64,000 nucleotides of DNA from Vulcanimicrobiota bacterium (GTDB lineage: Bacteria > Vulcanimicrobiota > Vulcanimicrobiia > Eremiobacterales > Eremiobacteraceae): positions 1,056,001 to 1,120,000 of the forward strand of contig CAWETU010000001.1 of assembly GCA_963812135.1 (NCBI GenBank), given 5' to 3'. The notes under the pieces were generated by a model. The model saw nothing but the letters and a program-made list of their open reading frames with translations. It had not been told where the DNA came from and ran no database searches. Made by a program: the position numbers and the translations under genes. Shown here piece by piece: positions 8,125 through 19,212 of the stretch (position 1 is the first letter of the stretch; each line of letters opens with the position of its first letter).

Positions 8125-10698
8125 GTGCGGAGGACGGCCAAAGGCGCGCAAGCGCCGCACGAGGACGGCACCGCGCAAGCGCTCGCGCAGCGTGCGGCCG
8201 TCGTGCCGGCGGATAGTGAAGACGTCAACTCGCCGCTGATCGCGCAGTATCTCGAGCTCAAACGCCAATATCCCGAAGCGCTGCTGCTCTCGCGCGTCGG
8301 CGATTTCTACGAGGCGTATGGCGCCGACGCCGACGATCTCGCCGCGTCGGTGCGCATCGTGCTCACGTCCAAAGAAGCCGGCAAAGGCAAGCGCGTCGCG
8401 ATGGCCGGCGTGCCGCATCACAACCTCGACCACTACCTCGCCCGGCTCATCCGCCAGCAACGCGTTGTCGCAGTCGCCGAGCAGATGGAGCCGCCCGCGC
8501 CGAACCGGCTCGTGCGACGCGAGATCGTCCGCGTCATCACGCCGGGCACGGTGCTCGAGGACCACCTGCTCGCGTCCGAACGCAACAACTATCTGTGCGC
8601 GGTCGCCGTCGCTGCAGGCCATACGGCCGTTGCGTGCGCCGACGTTTCGACCGGCGAAGCAAGCGTGGCGATCGCCGACTCGGATGACGATCTCGCCGCC
8701 GAGCTGGACCGCGCTGCGCCCGCTGAAGTCATCGTCGAGAGCGATGAAGACATCGCGCGCGTGCGGGCTCTTGTCGGCGACATCTGCCGCGTCGCGGTCG
8801 ATCCGCGCAGCGACGACGGCGCGAGCATCGAGACCTGCGAGCTCGACGCGTTCTCGCGCGACGAGCGGCCTGCCGCCAGGGCCGCGCTCGAACTGCTCGG
8901 CGCGTATCTTCAGTACGTGCGCCTCGACGGCGCGGCAGTCGTGCAGCGCGCGCGCCCGCGCCTGGCGCGTTCGGCCATGTTGATCGACCCCGCGACGCGG
9001 CGGCACCTGGACCTGCTCAGCGGCGCGGGAGAGAACTCGCGCGCCTCGTTGCTCAACGTGCTCGCGCGCACGAAGACGGCGATGGGCAGCCGCATGCTGG
9101 CGCAGTGGCTATGCGCGCCGCTGCTCGACGTCGGCCGTATCCGCGCGCGTCATGACCGGGTCGAGTCATTGGTGAACGCGCCGTCATTCCGGCTCGCGCT
9201 GCAAACCCAACTGGCAGAGATCGGCGACGTCGAACGGATCGTGCAAAAGGTGCGCTCGCGGCGCGCGGGCCCGCGCGATGTCGGCGCGCTGCGCGAGTCG
9301 CTGCACGCCATCGGACGGTTGGGCGCGCTGCTGATGGAAGTGAACGATACTGAGTTCGCTCGCATGCGCGAGAGATTGGAGGAGAAGGCGGGCGACAAGA
9401 CACCCGTCATCGCGCGCCTCGCCGAGCTGCTTGACCGGGCGCTCGTCGACGATCCGCCGGCGCTGATCGCCGACGGCGGCGCAATCAAGTCGGCGCACTC
9501 GCAGGAGCTGGGAGAGCTCATCGACCTGCGCACGCGCAGCCGCGATCATCTGCTCGCGCTCGAAGAGCGCACGCGAGCGCGCAGCGGCATAAAGTCGCTC
9601 AAGATCAAGTACACGCAGGCGTTCGGCTATTACTATGAGGTCACGCGCGCCAACGCTGCTTCCGTGCCCGTTGATTTCGTGCGCCGCCAAACGCTTGTCA
9701 ACGCAGAGCGATTCACCGACGCCGAGCTGCGATCGCTCGAGGCGGAGATATTGTCGGCGCGGTCGCGTCAGATCGCGCTCGAGAAAGACCTCTTCGAGGA
9801 GGTGCTCGCCACCATCGACGCGGCGCGCGAACGATTGCTGTCGGTCGCCGAAACGGTCGCGGAAATCGACGTCTTCGCTTCGCTCGCGCAAGTCGCCGGC
9901 GAGCGCCGCTACGTCCGCCCTATTATGCTCGAGACGAACGAACTTGACGTCGAAGGCGCCAGGCATCCGATCGTCGAGGCCTACGGCGGCGTCGACTTCG
10001 TGCCGAACGACTGCTGTCTCGACGCGCAACGTCGCTTCTTGCTGATCACCGGCCCGAACATGGGCGGCAAGTCGACGTACTTGCGGCAGACGGCGCTGCT
10101 CGCGATCCTCGCACAGATGGGCTCGTATGTGCCTGCAGCCGCCGCGCGCATGGGCGTCATCGAGCGGTTGTTCACCCGCATCGGCGCGGGCGACGACATC
10201 GCCGCCGGCCGCTCGACGTTTTATGTCGAAATGGCGGAGATGGCGCTCGTGCTGCGCGGTTGCACGCCGGCCAGCTTGCTGCTCATCGATGAGGTCGGCC
10301 GCGGCACCGGGACGACCGATGGTCTGGCGATCGCGCAAGCCGTCAGCGAGTATCTGCTCGGCCTCGATCTGGCCATGCCGATGGTGCTCTTCGCGACGCA
10401 TTTCCACGAGCTGGTCCGCCTATCCGGACGTTTCCCCACGGTCGAGAATCTGCACGTCGCGGTCGCCGAAGAGCCCGGCGGACCAGTCTTTTCGCACCGC
10501 TTGCTGCACGGCTCGAGCAGCCGTTCGTACGGCATTGCCGTCGCCAAAATGGCCGGTTTGCCCGCCGAGGTGGTACAACGCGCGCAAGAAATTGCCGATG
10601 ATATTGAACGGAGGCCCGGACCCGCCCCAGCACCGCTCCGGCGGCGCGGCGAGGCCGGGCGACCCGACGCTCAGCTCGCGCTCGACGTCGAACCGTAA
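8125..10698 (+). CDS. mutS: DNA mismatch repair protein MutS
   Basis: GDFYE, TGPNMGGKST, STFYVEM, DEVGRGT, FATHFHEL. Confidence 0.97.
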   Translation: MRRTAKGAQAPHEDGTAQALAQRAAVVPADSEDVNSPLIAQYLELKRQYPEALLLSRVGDFYEAYGADADDLAASVRIVLTSKEAGKGKRVAMAGVPHHNLDHYLARLIRQQRVVAVAEQMEPPAPNRLVRREIVRVITPGTVLEDHLLASERNNYLCAVAVAAGHTAVACADVSTGEASVAIADSDDDLAAELDRAAPAEVIVESDEDIARVRALVGDICRVAVDPRSDDGASIETCELDAFSRDERPAARAALELLGAYLQYVRLDGAAVVQRARPRLARSAMLIDPATRRHLDLLSGAGENSRASLLNVLARTKTAMGSRMLAQWLCAPLLDVGRIRARHDRVESLVNAPSFRLALQTQLAEIGDVERIVQKVRSRRAGPRDVGALRESLHAIGRLGALLMEVNDTEFARMRERLEEKAGDKTPVIARLAELLDRALVDDPPALIADGGAIKSAHSQELGELIDLRTRSRDHLLALEERTRARSGIKSLKIKYTQAFGYYYEVTRANAASVPVDFVRRQTLVNAERFTDAELRSLEAEILSARSRQIALEKDLFEEVLATIDAARERLLSVAETVAEIDVFASLAQVAGERRYVRPIMLETNELDVEGARHPIVEAYGGVDFVPNDCCLDAQRRFLLITGPNMGGKSTYLRQTALLAILAQMGSYVPAAAARMGVIERLFTRIGAGDDIAAGRSTFYVEMAEMALVLRGCTPASLLLIDEVGRGTGTTDGLAIAQAVSEYLLGLDLAMPMVLFATHFHELVRLSGRFPTVENLHVAVAEEPGGPVFSHRLLHGSSSRSYGIAVAKMAGLPAEVVQRAQEIADDIERRPGPAPAPLRRRGEAGRPDAQLALDVEP

Positions 10699-10746
10699 CA
10701 CCCGCGCGGAGCAAATAGGCCCATTCTTCGTACCGTTTCGTTTCCG

Positions 10747-12270
10747 ATGATCGTCGCCGCCGCCCGTTGGGTCGCGGTGGCTCAAGTGTTGCTCGCGCCG
10801 CTCAGCGCCCCGGCGCCGATGTGGCTGATCGCCGCGTTGTTCGGCTACGCGCTCGTCGCGACCGCGCTGGCCGCGATGCCGCGTCTCTCGAAGCGGCCGA
10901 ATGACAAGAAAGACGATCTGCCCGAGATCTCTTCAGCGCTCATCATCTTGCTCGACGTCGTGGCCACCGCTGCGGTCGGCTGGTTCTCCGGCGTCAGCTC
11001 GCTCGCGTTGCTCATCGGCCTTGATGCGGCAACGCTCTCGGACGCTGCCGCGATCTTCTTCATCGGCGCGTCGGCCGCGTGCCTCACGTTTGCGATCTAC
11101 TTCGGCCACCCGACCGACGCAGCCGGCAAGCCCGCCGACATGCTGCTGATAGTCGGCTACGCCGTCGCACTGCCGCTCATCACGTTCCTCGCCGCCGCAC
11201 ACGGCCTGTTGGGCCGCCGCCGCGCCGAGCAGCAGACGCGCGCCATCATGCGCGTACTGGACGCGGGTTCCGATCTCGGCACGAAGGTCACGCTCGCCGA
11301 AGCGCTCACGCAGCTCGTCATCATGCTGCGCGAGTTCCGCGAATCCGTGCCCTGGTCAAATCTCGTCATCTACATCACGCGCACCGACGAAGAAGCACAG
11401 GACGAAGTGCTCGTCGAGGAAGCGGTGGAAGGCGCGTACGCGGATTTCTATCGCGGCAGCAAGCTGCGCTTCGGCGAAGGCGTCGTCGGCTTCGCGGCCG
11501 CCGAGCAGCGTCCGCTCATCGTCGCCGACATCCAAAAAGATTATCGCGAGTCATCGCTGCCGCGGCCCAAGGCCGCGCACGCGTGTCTCGTCGTGCCGAT
11601 CGTGAGCGAGCGCGTCAGCATCGGCGCCGTGATGCTCGTGGCGGCCAAGCCCGGAGCGTTCGTGTTCGAGCAGCAGCGCCTAGTCGACCGGCTCGTGCGG
11701 CTGGCAGCCGTCGGCATCCAAAACGCGCGCTTGCACAGCAAGACGCTCGAACTCGCGGATACCGACTCGATGACCGGCTTGCTCACCAACCGGGCATACC
11801 AAGAGCGCCTCGAGACGGAGTTCCGCAAAGCGCAGCTCACCAAACAGTCGCTCTCGCTGCTCATCTTGGACGTCGATTTCTTCAAGCACGTCAACGATAC
11901 GTATGGTCACCCGCAGGGCGACGAATTGCTGCGCCAGTTGGGTGAAGTGATCCGCATGCACGCGCGCAAGATCGACATCTGCTGCCGTTACGGCGGCGAC
12001 GAATTCGTCGTGCTCATGCCCGAGACCATCAAGGCCGAGGCGGCCATGGTTGCGGGGCGGCTGCGCCAAGCCATCGAGAACAACGAGTTCACGCTTGAAA
12101 CGACGATCGCGAAGATCACCGTGTCGATCGGCGTCGCCGGGTATCCGCAAGACGTGTCCAGCAAACAACAGCTGGTGAAATCGGCCGACTCGGCGCTCTA
12201 CGCCGCCAAACAGTCCGGCCGCAACAACGTCAAGCTCGCGACTCGCGAGACGCTTCCCGTTCGAATGTAG
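10747..12270 (+). CDS. Membrane-bound GAF-GGDEF diguanylate cyclase
   Basis: N-terminal TM helices, GAF domain, D..FK.VND.YGH..GD, RKID I-site, YGGDEF. Confidence 0.9.
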   Translation: MIVAAARWVAVAQVLLAPLSAPAPMWLIAALFGYALVATALAAMPRLSKRPNDKKDDLPEISSALIILLDVVATAAVGWFSGVSSLALLIGLDAATLSDAAAIFFIGASAACLTFAIYFGHPTDAAGKPADMLLIVGYAVALPLITFLAAAHGLLGRRRAEQQTRAIMRVLDAGSDLGTKVTLAEALTQLVIMLREFRESVPWSNLVIYITRTDEEAQDEVLVEEAVEGAYADFYRGSKLRFGEGVVGFAAAEQRPLIVADIQKDYRESSLPRPKAAHACLVVPIVSERVSIGAVMLVAAKPGAFVFEQQRLVDRLVRLAAVGIQNARLHSKTLELADTDSMTGLLTNRAYQERLETEFRKAQLTKQSLSLLILDVDFFKHVNDTYGHPQGDELLRQLGEVIRMHARKIDICCRYGGDEFVVLMPETIKAEAAMVAGRLRQAIENNEFTLETTIAKITVSIGVAGYPQDVSSKQQLVKSADSALYAAKQSGRNNVKLATRETLPVRM

Positions 12271-12302
12271 TCCAGCGACGTTGCGCGAAGCGCTCGCGCA
12301 CG

Positions 12303-14018
12303 ATGCAGCCCCGTCCGATCCGCCAACTCGACGCCGCGACGATCGCTCAGATCGCCGCGGGCGAGGTCATCGAGCGGCCCGTTTCCGTCGTTAAAGAGCT
12401 TGTCGAGAACAGCCTCGACGCCGGCGCGTCGGCCATCGCGGTCGAGGTCGCTGACGGTGGCCGGTCCTCCATCTCCGTGACGGATAACGGCGTCGGCATC
12501 GCGCGCGACGATCTCGCGCTCGCCTTCGCCCGCCACGCGACCAGCAAGCTTTTTTCGGCGGGCGAGCTTTTCGGCATCGACACGCTCGGCTTCCGCGGCG
12601 AAGGCCTCGCCAGCATCGCCGCCGCCGGCGCGGTGGAGCTCACCTCGCGTCCTGAAGGCGCGGAGCTCGGCGCGCGGATCGAAGCGCACGGCGTCGAGGT
12701 CGGCAAGCCGGCCGCATGCGCCGCGCCGCCCGGCACGAAGGTGGTCATACGCGACCTGTTCGCGCTCACGCCGGCGCGCCGCGAGTTCATCAAGAGCGCG
12801 CGCGCGGAATTTTCGCGCATCAGCGCATTCCTTTCGCGCATCGCGCTCGGCTGGCCGGAAGTCGCTTTCGTCTTGCGCCATGACGGCAAGGACGTGTGGG
12901 CGCTGCCCGCCGTGCGCGACGGCATCGATCGCCTTGAGATGGTGTTTGGGTCGGGCTCGCGCGGCTCGCTCGTCGAGATCGCCACAAACGATGCGCCGGC
13001 GCGCATCATCGTAAGCGGCTACATCAGCCGGCCCGGCGACGATCGTCCGAACCGCGAGACGCAGGTCTATTTCGTCAATGGACGGCTGGTGCGGTGCGCG
13101 CCGCTGTCGGCGGCCTGGCTGGCGGGATCGGGCTCGTTCGGGATGACCAGGCGCTTCCCGTTCGGCATGCTCGCGCTCGAGCTCGCGCCCGAGGATGTCG
13201 ACGTCAACGTCCACCCGACGAAGATCGAAGTCCGATTCGCGCGCGGCAACGAAGTGTTCGACGCGGTGCGCATCGCAGTGGCCCGCACGCTTCGCGCCAC
13301 CGAACCGGAGCGTCCGGCGCCAGCGATCGCATTTGCGCCGCCGCCGTCGCTGCGCGATGCCATGGCAGCTCTCTCGGCTCGGAGCGAGTCCGCCGATTCG
13401 CTTCGGGCGACCGAACCGGTCGCGACGCTGGTCGCCGAACAGGCGGGCAAGCCAGGTGTGCGCGTCTTCGGTCAGATCGATCAGACGTACATCGCGGCCG
13501 GCGATGCGCAAGGCTTGTTCATCATCGATCAACACGCGGCGCACGAACGCATCGCGTATGAGGCCATTCTCGATCGCGAAGGCGATGCGGAATCAGGCGC
13601 GCCGCTGCTGTTCCCGACGATCGTCGAGTTGACCGACAGCCAAGCCGTCGTCCTCAACGAGAACCTCGACACGCTCGCGCAGGCCGGCGTCGTCGTCGAA
13701 CCGTTCGGCGAGGGCGCCTTTCGGATCTGTGCGTTGCCGGCCGGGTACGAGAAACGGCGCTTCGACTTGGCGGGCATGCTCGACGATCTCGCGGCAGACG
13801 ATGCGGCACGCGAAGGCGTCGCGCATCGCAACCGCTTGTTCGCCACGATCGCGTGTCATTCGGTCGTGCGCGCGCACGAGTCGCTCTCGCTCGCGGAGCA
13901 GGCGGCGCTCTACGATCGGCTGCAGCGCTGCCGCGACCCGCATACCTGTCCGCATGGCCGCCCGACCGTGCTGCGCATCGATGCCGCGTCGCTCGCAAAG
14001 GCGTTCGGCCGGGCGTGA
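12303..14018 (+). CDS. mutL: DNA mismatch repair endonuclease MutL
   Basis: IAAGEVIERP, GFRGEGL, DQHAAHER endonuclease motif, ACH, CPHGRP. Confidence 0.96.
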   Translation: MQPRPIRQLDAATIAQIAAGEVIERPVSVVKELVENSLDAGASAIAVEVADGGRSSISVTDNGVGIARDDLALAFARHATSKLFSAGELFGIDTLGFRGEGLASIAAAGAVELTSRPEGAELGARIEAHGVEVGKPAACAAPPGTKVVIRDLFALTPARREFIKSARAEFSRISAFLSRIALGWPEVAFVLRHDGKDVWALPAVRDGIDRLEMVFGSGSRGSLVEIATNDAPARIIVSGYISRPGDDRPNRETQVYFVNGRLVRCAPLSAAWLAGSGSFGMTRRFPFGMLALELAPEDVDVNVHPTKIEVRFARGNEVFDAVRIAVARTLRATEPERPAPAIAFAPPPSLRDAMAALSARSESADSLRATEPVATLVAEQAGKPGVRVFGQIDQTYIAAGDAQGLFIIDQHAAHERIAYEAILDREGDAESGAPLLFPTIVELTDSQAVVLNENLDTLAQAGVVVEPFGEGAFRICALPAGYEKRRFDLAGMLDDLAADDAAREGVAHRNRLFATIACHSVVRAHESLSLAEQAALYDRLQRCRDPHTCPHGRPTVLRIDAASLAKAFGRA

Positions 14019-14025
14019 CCGTGCC

Positions 14026-14976
14026 GTGAGGCTGCGCGCGCTCGCGTTGTGCGGCCCGACGGCGTCCGGCAAATCGGAGCTCGCCTCGCGTCTCGCTGCG
14101 GAGATCGTCGGAGAAGTGATCAATGCCGATTCGCGCCAGATCTATGCGGGTATGCGCATCGGCACGGGCTGGCCCAGTGACGAACAATTCGCCCGCGCCC
14201 CGCATCACGGGTACGGCACGATCGCAGCCGGCGATCGATACAGCGCGGGGCGATTTGTCGAAGACGCGCGCGGGACGATCGACGACGTCATCGCCCGCAA
14301 CAAGCTGCCTATCCTCGTCGGCGGCACCGGTTTGTATATCGAAGCGCTCGCAGGCAGCATGCCGCTCGACCGGCCGATCGCCGGCGACGAGTTACGTGCG
14401 CGCGTGCGCCACGAGGCCGATGTTCATCCGCACACCGCGCTGCGTTCCTGGCTCGAGGCGATCGCGCCGCACGCGGCGGCGCGGATCAAACCCGGTGACC
14501 GCTACCGCACGCTGCGCGCCCTCGAAGCTGCATTGGCCGCGCGAGAGAACGCTGCGAGGGGGCGCGAGCATTCGCCATCACCCGAGGTTCGCTCGGGTAC
14601 TTCATCGCTACCCGACCTTGACCTGACCATCGTCGTGCTCGACGCTCCCCGCGCACTGTTGGAGTCGCGGATCGAGCGACGCGTCCGCGCGATGTTCGCG
14701 GCCGGTCTCATCGAAGAAGCGCTCGCCGTCCGCGCCGCGTTTGGCGACGCGCCGGCGCTCAGCGGGATCGGCTATGCGGAAGCGTTGGCATACGCGGACG
14801 GCGCCGCGACGCGCGACGAGGCCGTCGCAGCCGCGATACGGCGCACACGCGCCTACGCCAAGCGTCAACAGACCTGGTTCCGGCGCATCGCGTCGGCGCA
14901 GCGGCTCGACGCATTCGATGCGCAGACGCCGGCGGCGCTGCGCGAGCTGGCAAGGGGTTTGGCGCGGGCGACGTGA
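14026..14976 (+). CDS. miaA: tRNA dimethylallyltransferase MiaA
   Basis: GPTASGKS, NADSRQIY, VGGTGLY, YAKRQQTWF; GTG start inferred at 14026. Confidence 0.93.
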   Translation: MRLRALALCGPTASGKSELASRLAAEIVGEVINADSRQIYAGMRIGTGWPSDEQFARAPHHGYGTIAAGDRYSAGRFVEDARGTIDDVIARNKLPILVGGTGLYIEALAGSMPLDRPIAGDELRARVRHEADVHPHTALRSWLEAIAPHAAARIKPGDRYRTLRALEAALAARENAARGREHSPSPEVRSGTSSLPDLDLTIVVLDAPRALLESRIERRVRAMFAAGLIEEALAVRAAFGDAPALSGIGYAEALAYADGAATRDEAVAAAIRRTRAYAKRQQTWFRRIASAQRLDAFDAQTPAALRELARGLARAT

Positions 14977-15047
14977 ACGATTGCGTGGTTCTCCTCAGAG
15001 AAGAGCGCCGCGCGTCATGTGGCGTTCGTAGAGAACCGGAGACAGAA

Positions 15048-15374
15048 GTGAAGACCAACGTTCCTCTGCAGGACGCATACCTGCTGGCCGTCAAGCGCGA
15101 AAACGCTCCGGTCACGATCTACCTGCGTAATGGCTTCCAACTGCGCGGCCACGTACGCGGCTTCGACAATTTCACGATCATCTTGGAATACGATAACAAG
15201 CCACACCTCGTCTATAAGCACGCGGTGTCCACCGTGTCGCCGCAAGCGCCCGTGCAGTTCTCAGGTTCGGATCTCGCGCAGCACGCGTCCGGCAATTCCG
15301 CCGCGCATCGCCCGGCCAGCCCGGATGCTGCTCCCGCTCCCAATTCAGACGCAGCCGCGCATCCGATCGGCTAA
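15048..15374 (+). CDS. hfq: RNA chaperone Hfq with low-complexity C-terminal tail
   Basis: LQDAYL, YLRNGFQLRG, FDNF, VYKHAVST; follows miaA; GGAG upstream of the GTG start. Confidence 0.95.
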   Translation: MKTNVPLQDAYLLAVKRENAPVTIYLRNGFQLRGHVRGFDNFTIILEYDNKPHLVYKHAVSTVSPQAPVQFSGSDLAQHASGNSAAHRPASPDAAPAPNSDAAAHPIG

Positions 15375-15393
15375 GCGCTAACCCGCAACGGTC

Positions 15394-16217
<824 letters not shown>

Positions 16218-16221
<4 letters not shown>

Positions 16222-17471
16222 GCGCGCTCGGCGCCGTCTTCGCCAAAGCCGATGGCAACGTGTTCGATATGCCTGGGCTGCAAGCGGTGGCAGATGACGG
16301 GCGCATCGCGCCGGCGCTGCCGGCCGATTTCATCCCGCTTCCTGATGGAGCGCTGCTTCTCACGCTGCCCGGCCGCAGCGTCGTCGGCTATCGCGGCGGC
16401 GCGAGCGTCTCGCTCGACTCGTTCGAGGGCGATGACATATCCGCGGTAGCGGCCGCGCTGCCCCTCGGCTACACGCGCACGCTGCTACCCGCCTACGTCG
16501 CGCGGCCGCAAGCGCCGCCGTTGCCGCTGTACGGCTACGCGGCGGTGGCCTGGCGCGACGGCGCGTTTCATGTCGGGGCGATGCGCACGGATCATCTCGA
16601 GAGCTGGTCGCCCGCCTCGCACGCCGACCAGGTTCTGCGCCGCGCGATCAAAGCACGCCGTCAAGAATTCCCCGATAGCCCGTTGCTCGCGCAGCTCGAG
16701 CGCTGCGCGCTCGAGTACGGCTGCTACACCGCGCAGAACGCGTTCTTGCGCCAAGGCGAAGCGGCCATTCCCGTGTCGCCGGCCTGCAACGCGCGCTGCA
16801 TCGGTTGTATCTCCGAACAAGAGCCTGATGCGGGCATCCAGAGCGCGCAAGCGCGGGTGCGGGCAGTGCCGGACGTGCGTGAGATCGCCGCGTTGGCCAT
16901 CGCGCACCTCGAGGGCGCCGACGACGCCATCGTATCGTTCGGACAAGGATGCGAAGGCGAGCCTCTGTTGGCCGCGCCGCGCATCGCGGCGGCGATCAGC
17001 GCCATCCGCGCACGCACCGCGCGCGGCACGATCCATATCAACACGAACGCGAGCCGGCCGCACGCGCTCGAGCAGCTCATCGATGCGGGCCTGCAATCGG
17101 TGCGCGTGAGCCTCAACGCCGTGCGCCCGGCGGCGTACGCCGCCTACTACCGCCCGCGCGGTTACGATTTTGACGACGTCGTCGAAAGCATCCGCATCGC
17201 GGGCGAGCGATGCGCGGCGCTTTCGCTGAACCTGCTCACGCATCCGGGCGTGACGGACGACCCCGATGAGATGGACGCTTTCGAGACGTTGCTTCGCGGC
17301 CATCGGATCGACATGGTCCAGACGCGCACGCTCAACGTCGATCCGGCGGTCTATTTCGCAGCGGTCGGCCGGCCCGCGCGCGAGCCGGTCGGGATACGTC
17401 GTTGGTTCGAGTGGATGCGCGCGACGTTTCCGTCGGTGCGCCTGGGCAACTTCACGCGAGGATTCGGTTAA
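16218..17471 (+). CDS. Radical SAM protein of unknown function
   Basis: CNARCIGC (CxxxCxxC), SFGQGCEGEP. Confidence 0.85.
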
Positions 17472-17474
17472 GCG

Positions 17475-17888
17475 TCAAGTCCGCGCGCGGTTGATCTCCT
17501 GGGCCACCATATTCATGACGATCTCCGTGCCGCTCACCACCGAATCGATGCCGAGCTCCTCAAAGATCTGCTTGTTCTTCGGATTGTTGACGCGCGCGAT
17601 CGTGCGCGGCTTGGCGAAGCGCTTCTTGGTCACCAGGCAGATGACGAGATTGTCCTCATCGTCACCCGTGTCTGCGATCACGACGTCCGCTCGCGTCGCG
17701 CCAGCCTCTTCGAGCACGAGCGGATCGCAGCCGTCACCGACTTGTGCGACTTCCGCATTGAGCGTCTGCGCCAGCGCCTGCGCTTTGCGCTCGATCTTCT
17801 CGATGACGACGACTTCGTGGCGAGCTTCGAGCAGCGCCCGCGCGAGATAGGTGCCGAGCTTACCGCCGCCGACGACGATGATGAACAT
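17475..17888 (-). CDS. TrkA-family NAD-binding protein (RCK_N only)
   Basis: VVGGGKLG, TGDDEDNL, ARVNNP. Confidence 0.85.
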   Translation of the reverse strand: MFIIVVGGGKLGTYLARALLEARHEVVVIEKIERKAQALAQTLNAEVAQVGDGCDPLVLEEAGATRADVVIADTGDDEDNLVICLVTKKRFAKPRTIARVNNPKNKQIFEELGIDSVVSGTEIVMNMVAQEINRART

Positions 17889-17891
17889 CGG

Positions 17892-18551
17892 CTAGCGCGC
17901 CGCCAATGCGGGAGCGATGAGCTTGCGGAATTCGGGCTCGGCATCAGGCGCGATGATCGCGACGACGCGGTCGCCCGATTGGAGTCGCAGACCGCCGTCT
18001 GGGATCAGGCTCGCATCGCCGCGCACGACGACGCTGACGCGCGTCTTACCTGGCAGCGTCACTTCGTCGACAGTCTGTCCTGCCATGGCATCGGTGATCA
18101 CGAATTCCACGACGTCGACGTCGTGCCGCTCGTAGGGAAGTTTGCGATAGGTCTCTTGCACGAGCGCGTTGACCATCAGGTGCGCGCCGACGGTGGTCGG
18201 ACAGATGGTGAGCACGCCGAAGTCGCGATACATGGCAGCGCGCATCGGATCGTAGATCCGGGCAACGACGGTCTTGACCTTGAAGTGGTGTTTGCCGATC
18301 AGCGCGGCCATGATATTGCGATTGTCGCCTTGCGTGCAGACCGCCATGCCGTCGGCCTGCTCCACCCCGGCGCGGCAGAGCACGTCGACGTCGATGCCGG
18401 TCCCTAAGACCATCTTGCCGGGGAAATCGCGGCCTAAGCGCTTGAACGCGGACGAGTCCACGTCGACGACCGTTATGTCGTGGCCCGCGCGGGCGAGCCG
18501 TTTCGCCAGGGTGGAACCGACACGGCCGCACCCGACGATCAGATATTTCAT
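17892..18551 (-). CDS. trkA: TrkA-family potassium uptake regulator (RCK_N + RCK_C)
   Basis: MKYLIVGCGRVG, GDNRNI, ARIYDP, C-terminal LRLQSGD. Confidence 0.85.
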   Translation of the reverse strand: MKYLIVGCGRVGSTLAKRLARAGHDITVVDVDSSAFKRLGRDFPGKMVLGTGIDVDVLCRAGVEQADGMAVCTQGDNRNIMAALIGKHHFKVKTVVARIYDPMRAAMYRDFGVLTICPTTVGAHLMVNALVQETYRKLPYERHDVDVVEFVITDAMAGQTVDEVTLPGKTRVSVVVRGDASLIPDGGLRLQSGDRVVAIIAPDAEPEFRKLIAPALAAR

Positions 18552-18678
18552 TCTTTTTTTGGAGCGCTCCGATGTATTATCGCGACGGCGTCGTTTCGGG
18601 TCGCGGCCGTGAGCGACCTCCGGCGCGGCCAGGCAAGGAGCGGCTCCGCGGCCGCACGAACGGAGAGCAGTCACACTG

Positions 18679-18753
<75 letters not shown>

Positions 18754-18806
18754 TTCTGTTCAGCCGCGCGCCCGAGCGCGGCACCGCATCTCCCAGGGAC
18801 GCTGAC

Positions 18807-19208
18807 GTGTTTTCACAGTTCAGTCAAGCGGCGCAGGCTGTCGTCCATCTGGCCGAGCAAGAGTGCCGCAACGCGAGCCACTACTATCTCGGCACCGAAC
18901 ACCTGCTGCTCGCGATGGCCATCGCGCCGCCGCCGGACGTGCTTGAGTATTTCCGCACGATCGGCGCGCAGCCGTGGGAGATCAAGGGTGCGTTGCGCGT
19001 CGCGATGGAGCCGCCGAGCGAGCACCCATGGGAGGGGATCATCATCACGCCGAGGGTTCGCCGGCTCTTCGACGAGCTGACGAGCACGCACGTGGGCGAC
19101 GCGCGCATCGAGCCGGTCGACCTGTTGAACGCGATCGTCGCCGACGGCGGCGGCGTCGCCGCACGGGTGCTCGCGGCATGGACGCCGCGCCCAGCGGCGC
19201 GCCGCTAG
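18807..19208 (+). CDS. Stand-alone Clp N-terminal (Clp R repeat) domain protein
   Basis: MFSQFSQAAQ..V.LA..E.R...HYYLGTEHLLLA matches the ClpA/C N-domain; no ATPase domain. Confidence 0.8.
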   Translation: MFSQFSQAAQAVVHLAEQECRNASHYYLGTEHLLLAMAIAPPPDVLEYFRTIGAQPWEIKGALRVAMEPPSEHPWEGIIITPRVRRLFDELTSTHVGDARIEPVDLLNAIVADGGGVAARVLAAWTPRPAARR

Positions 19209-19212
19209 CGCG

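Noticed and set aside
18600..18670. Possible SRP RNA or riboswitch between trkA and tRNA-Pro
   Set aside because: There is only a loose CAGG...GGAGCGGC resemblance and no recognisable conserved helix. An Rfam scan would be needed.
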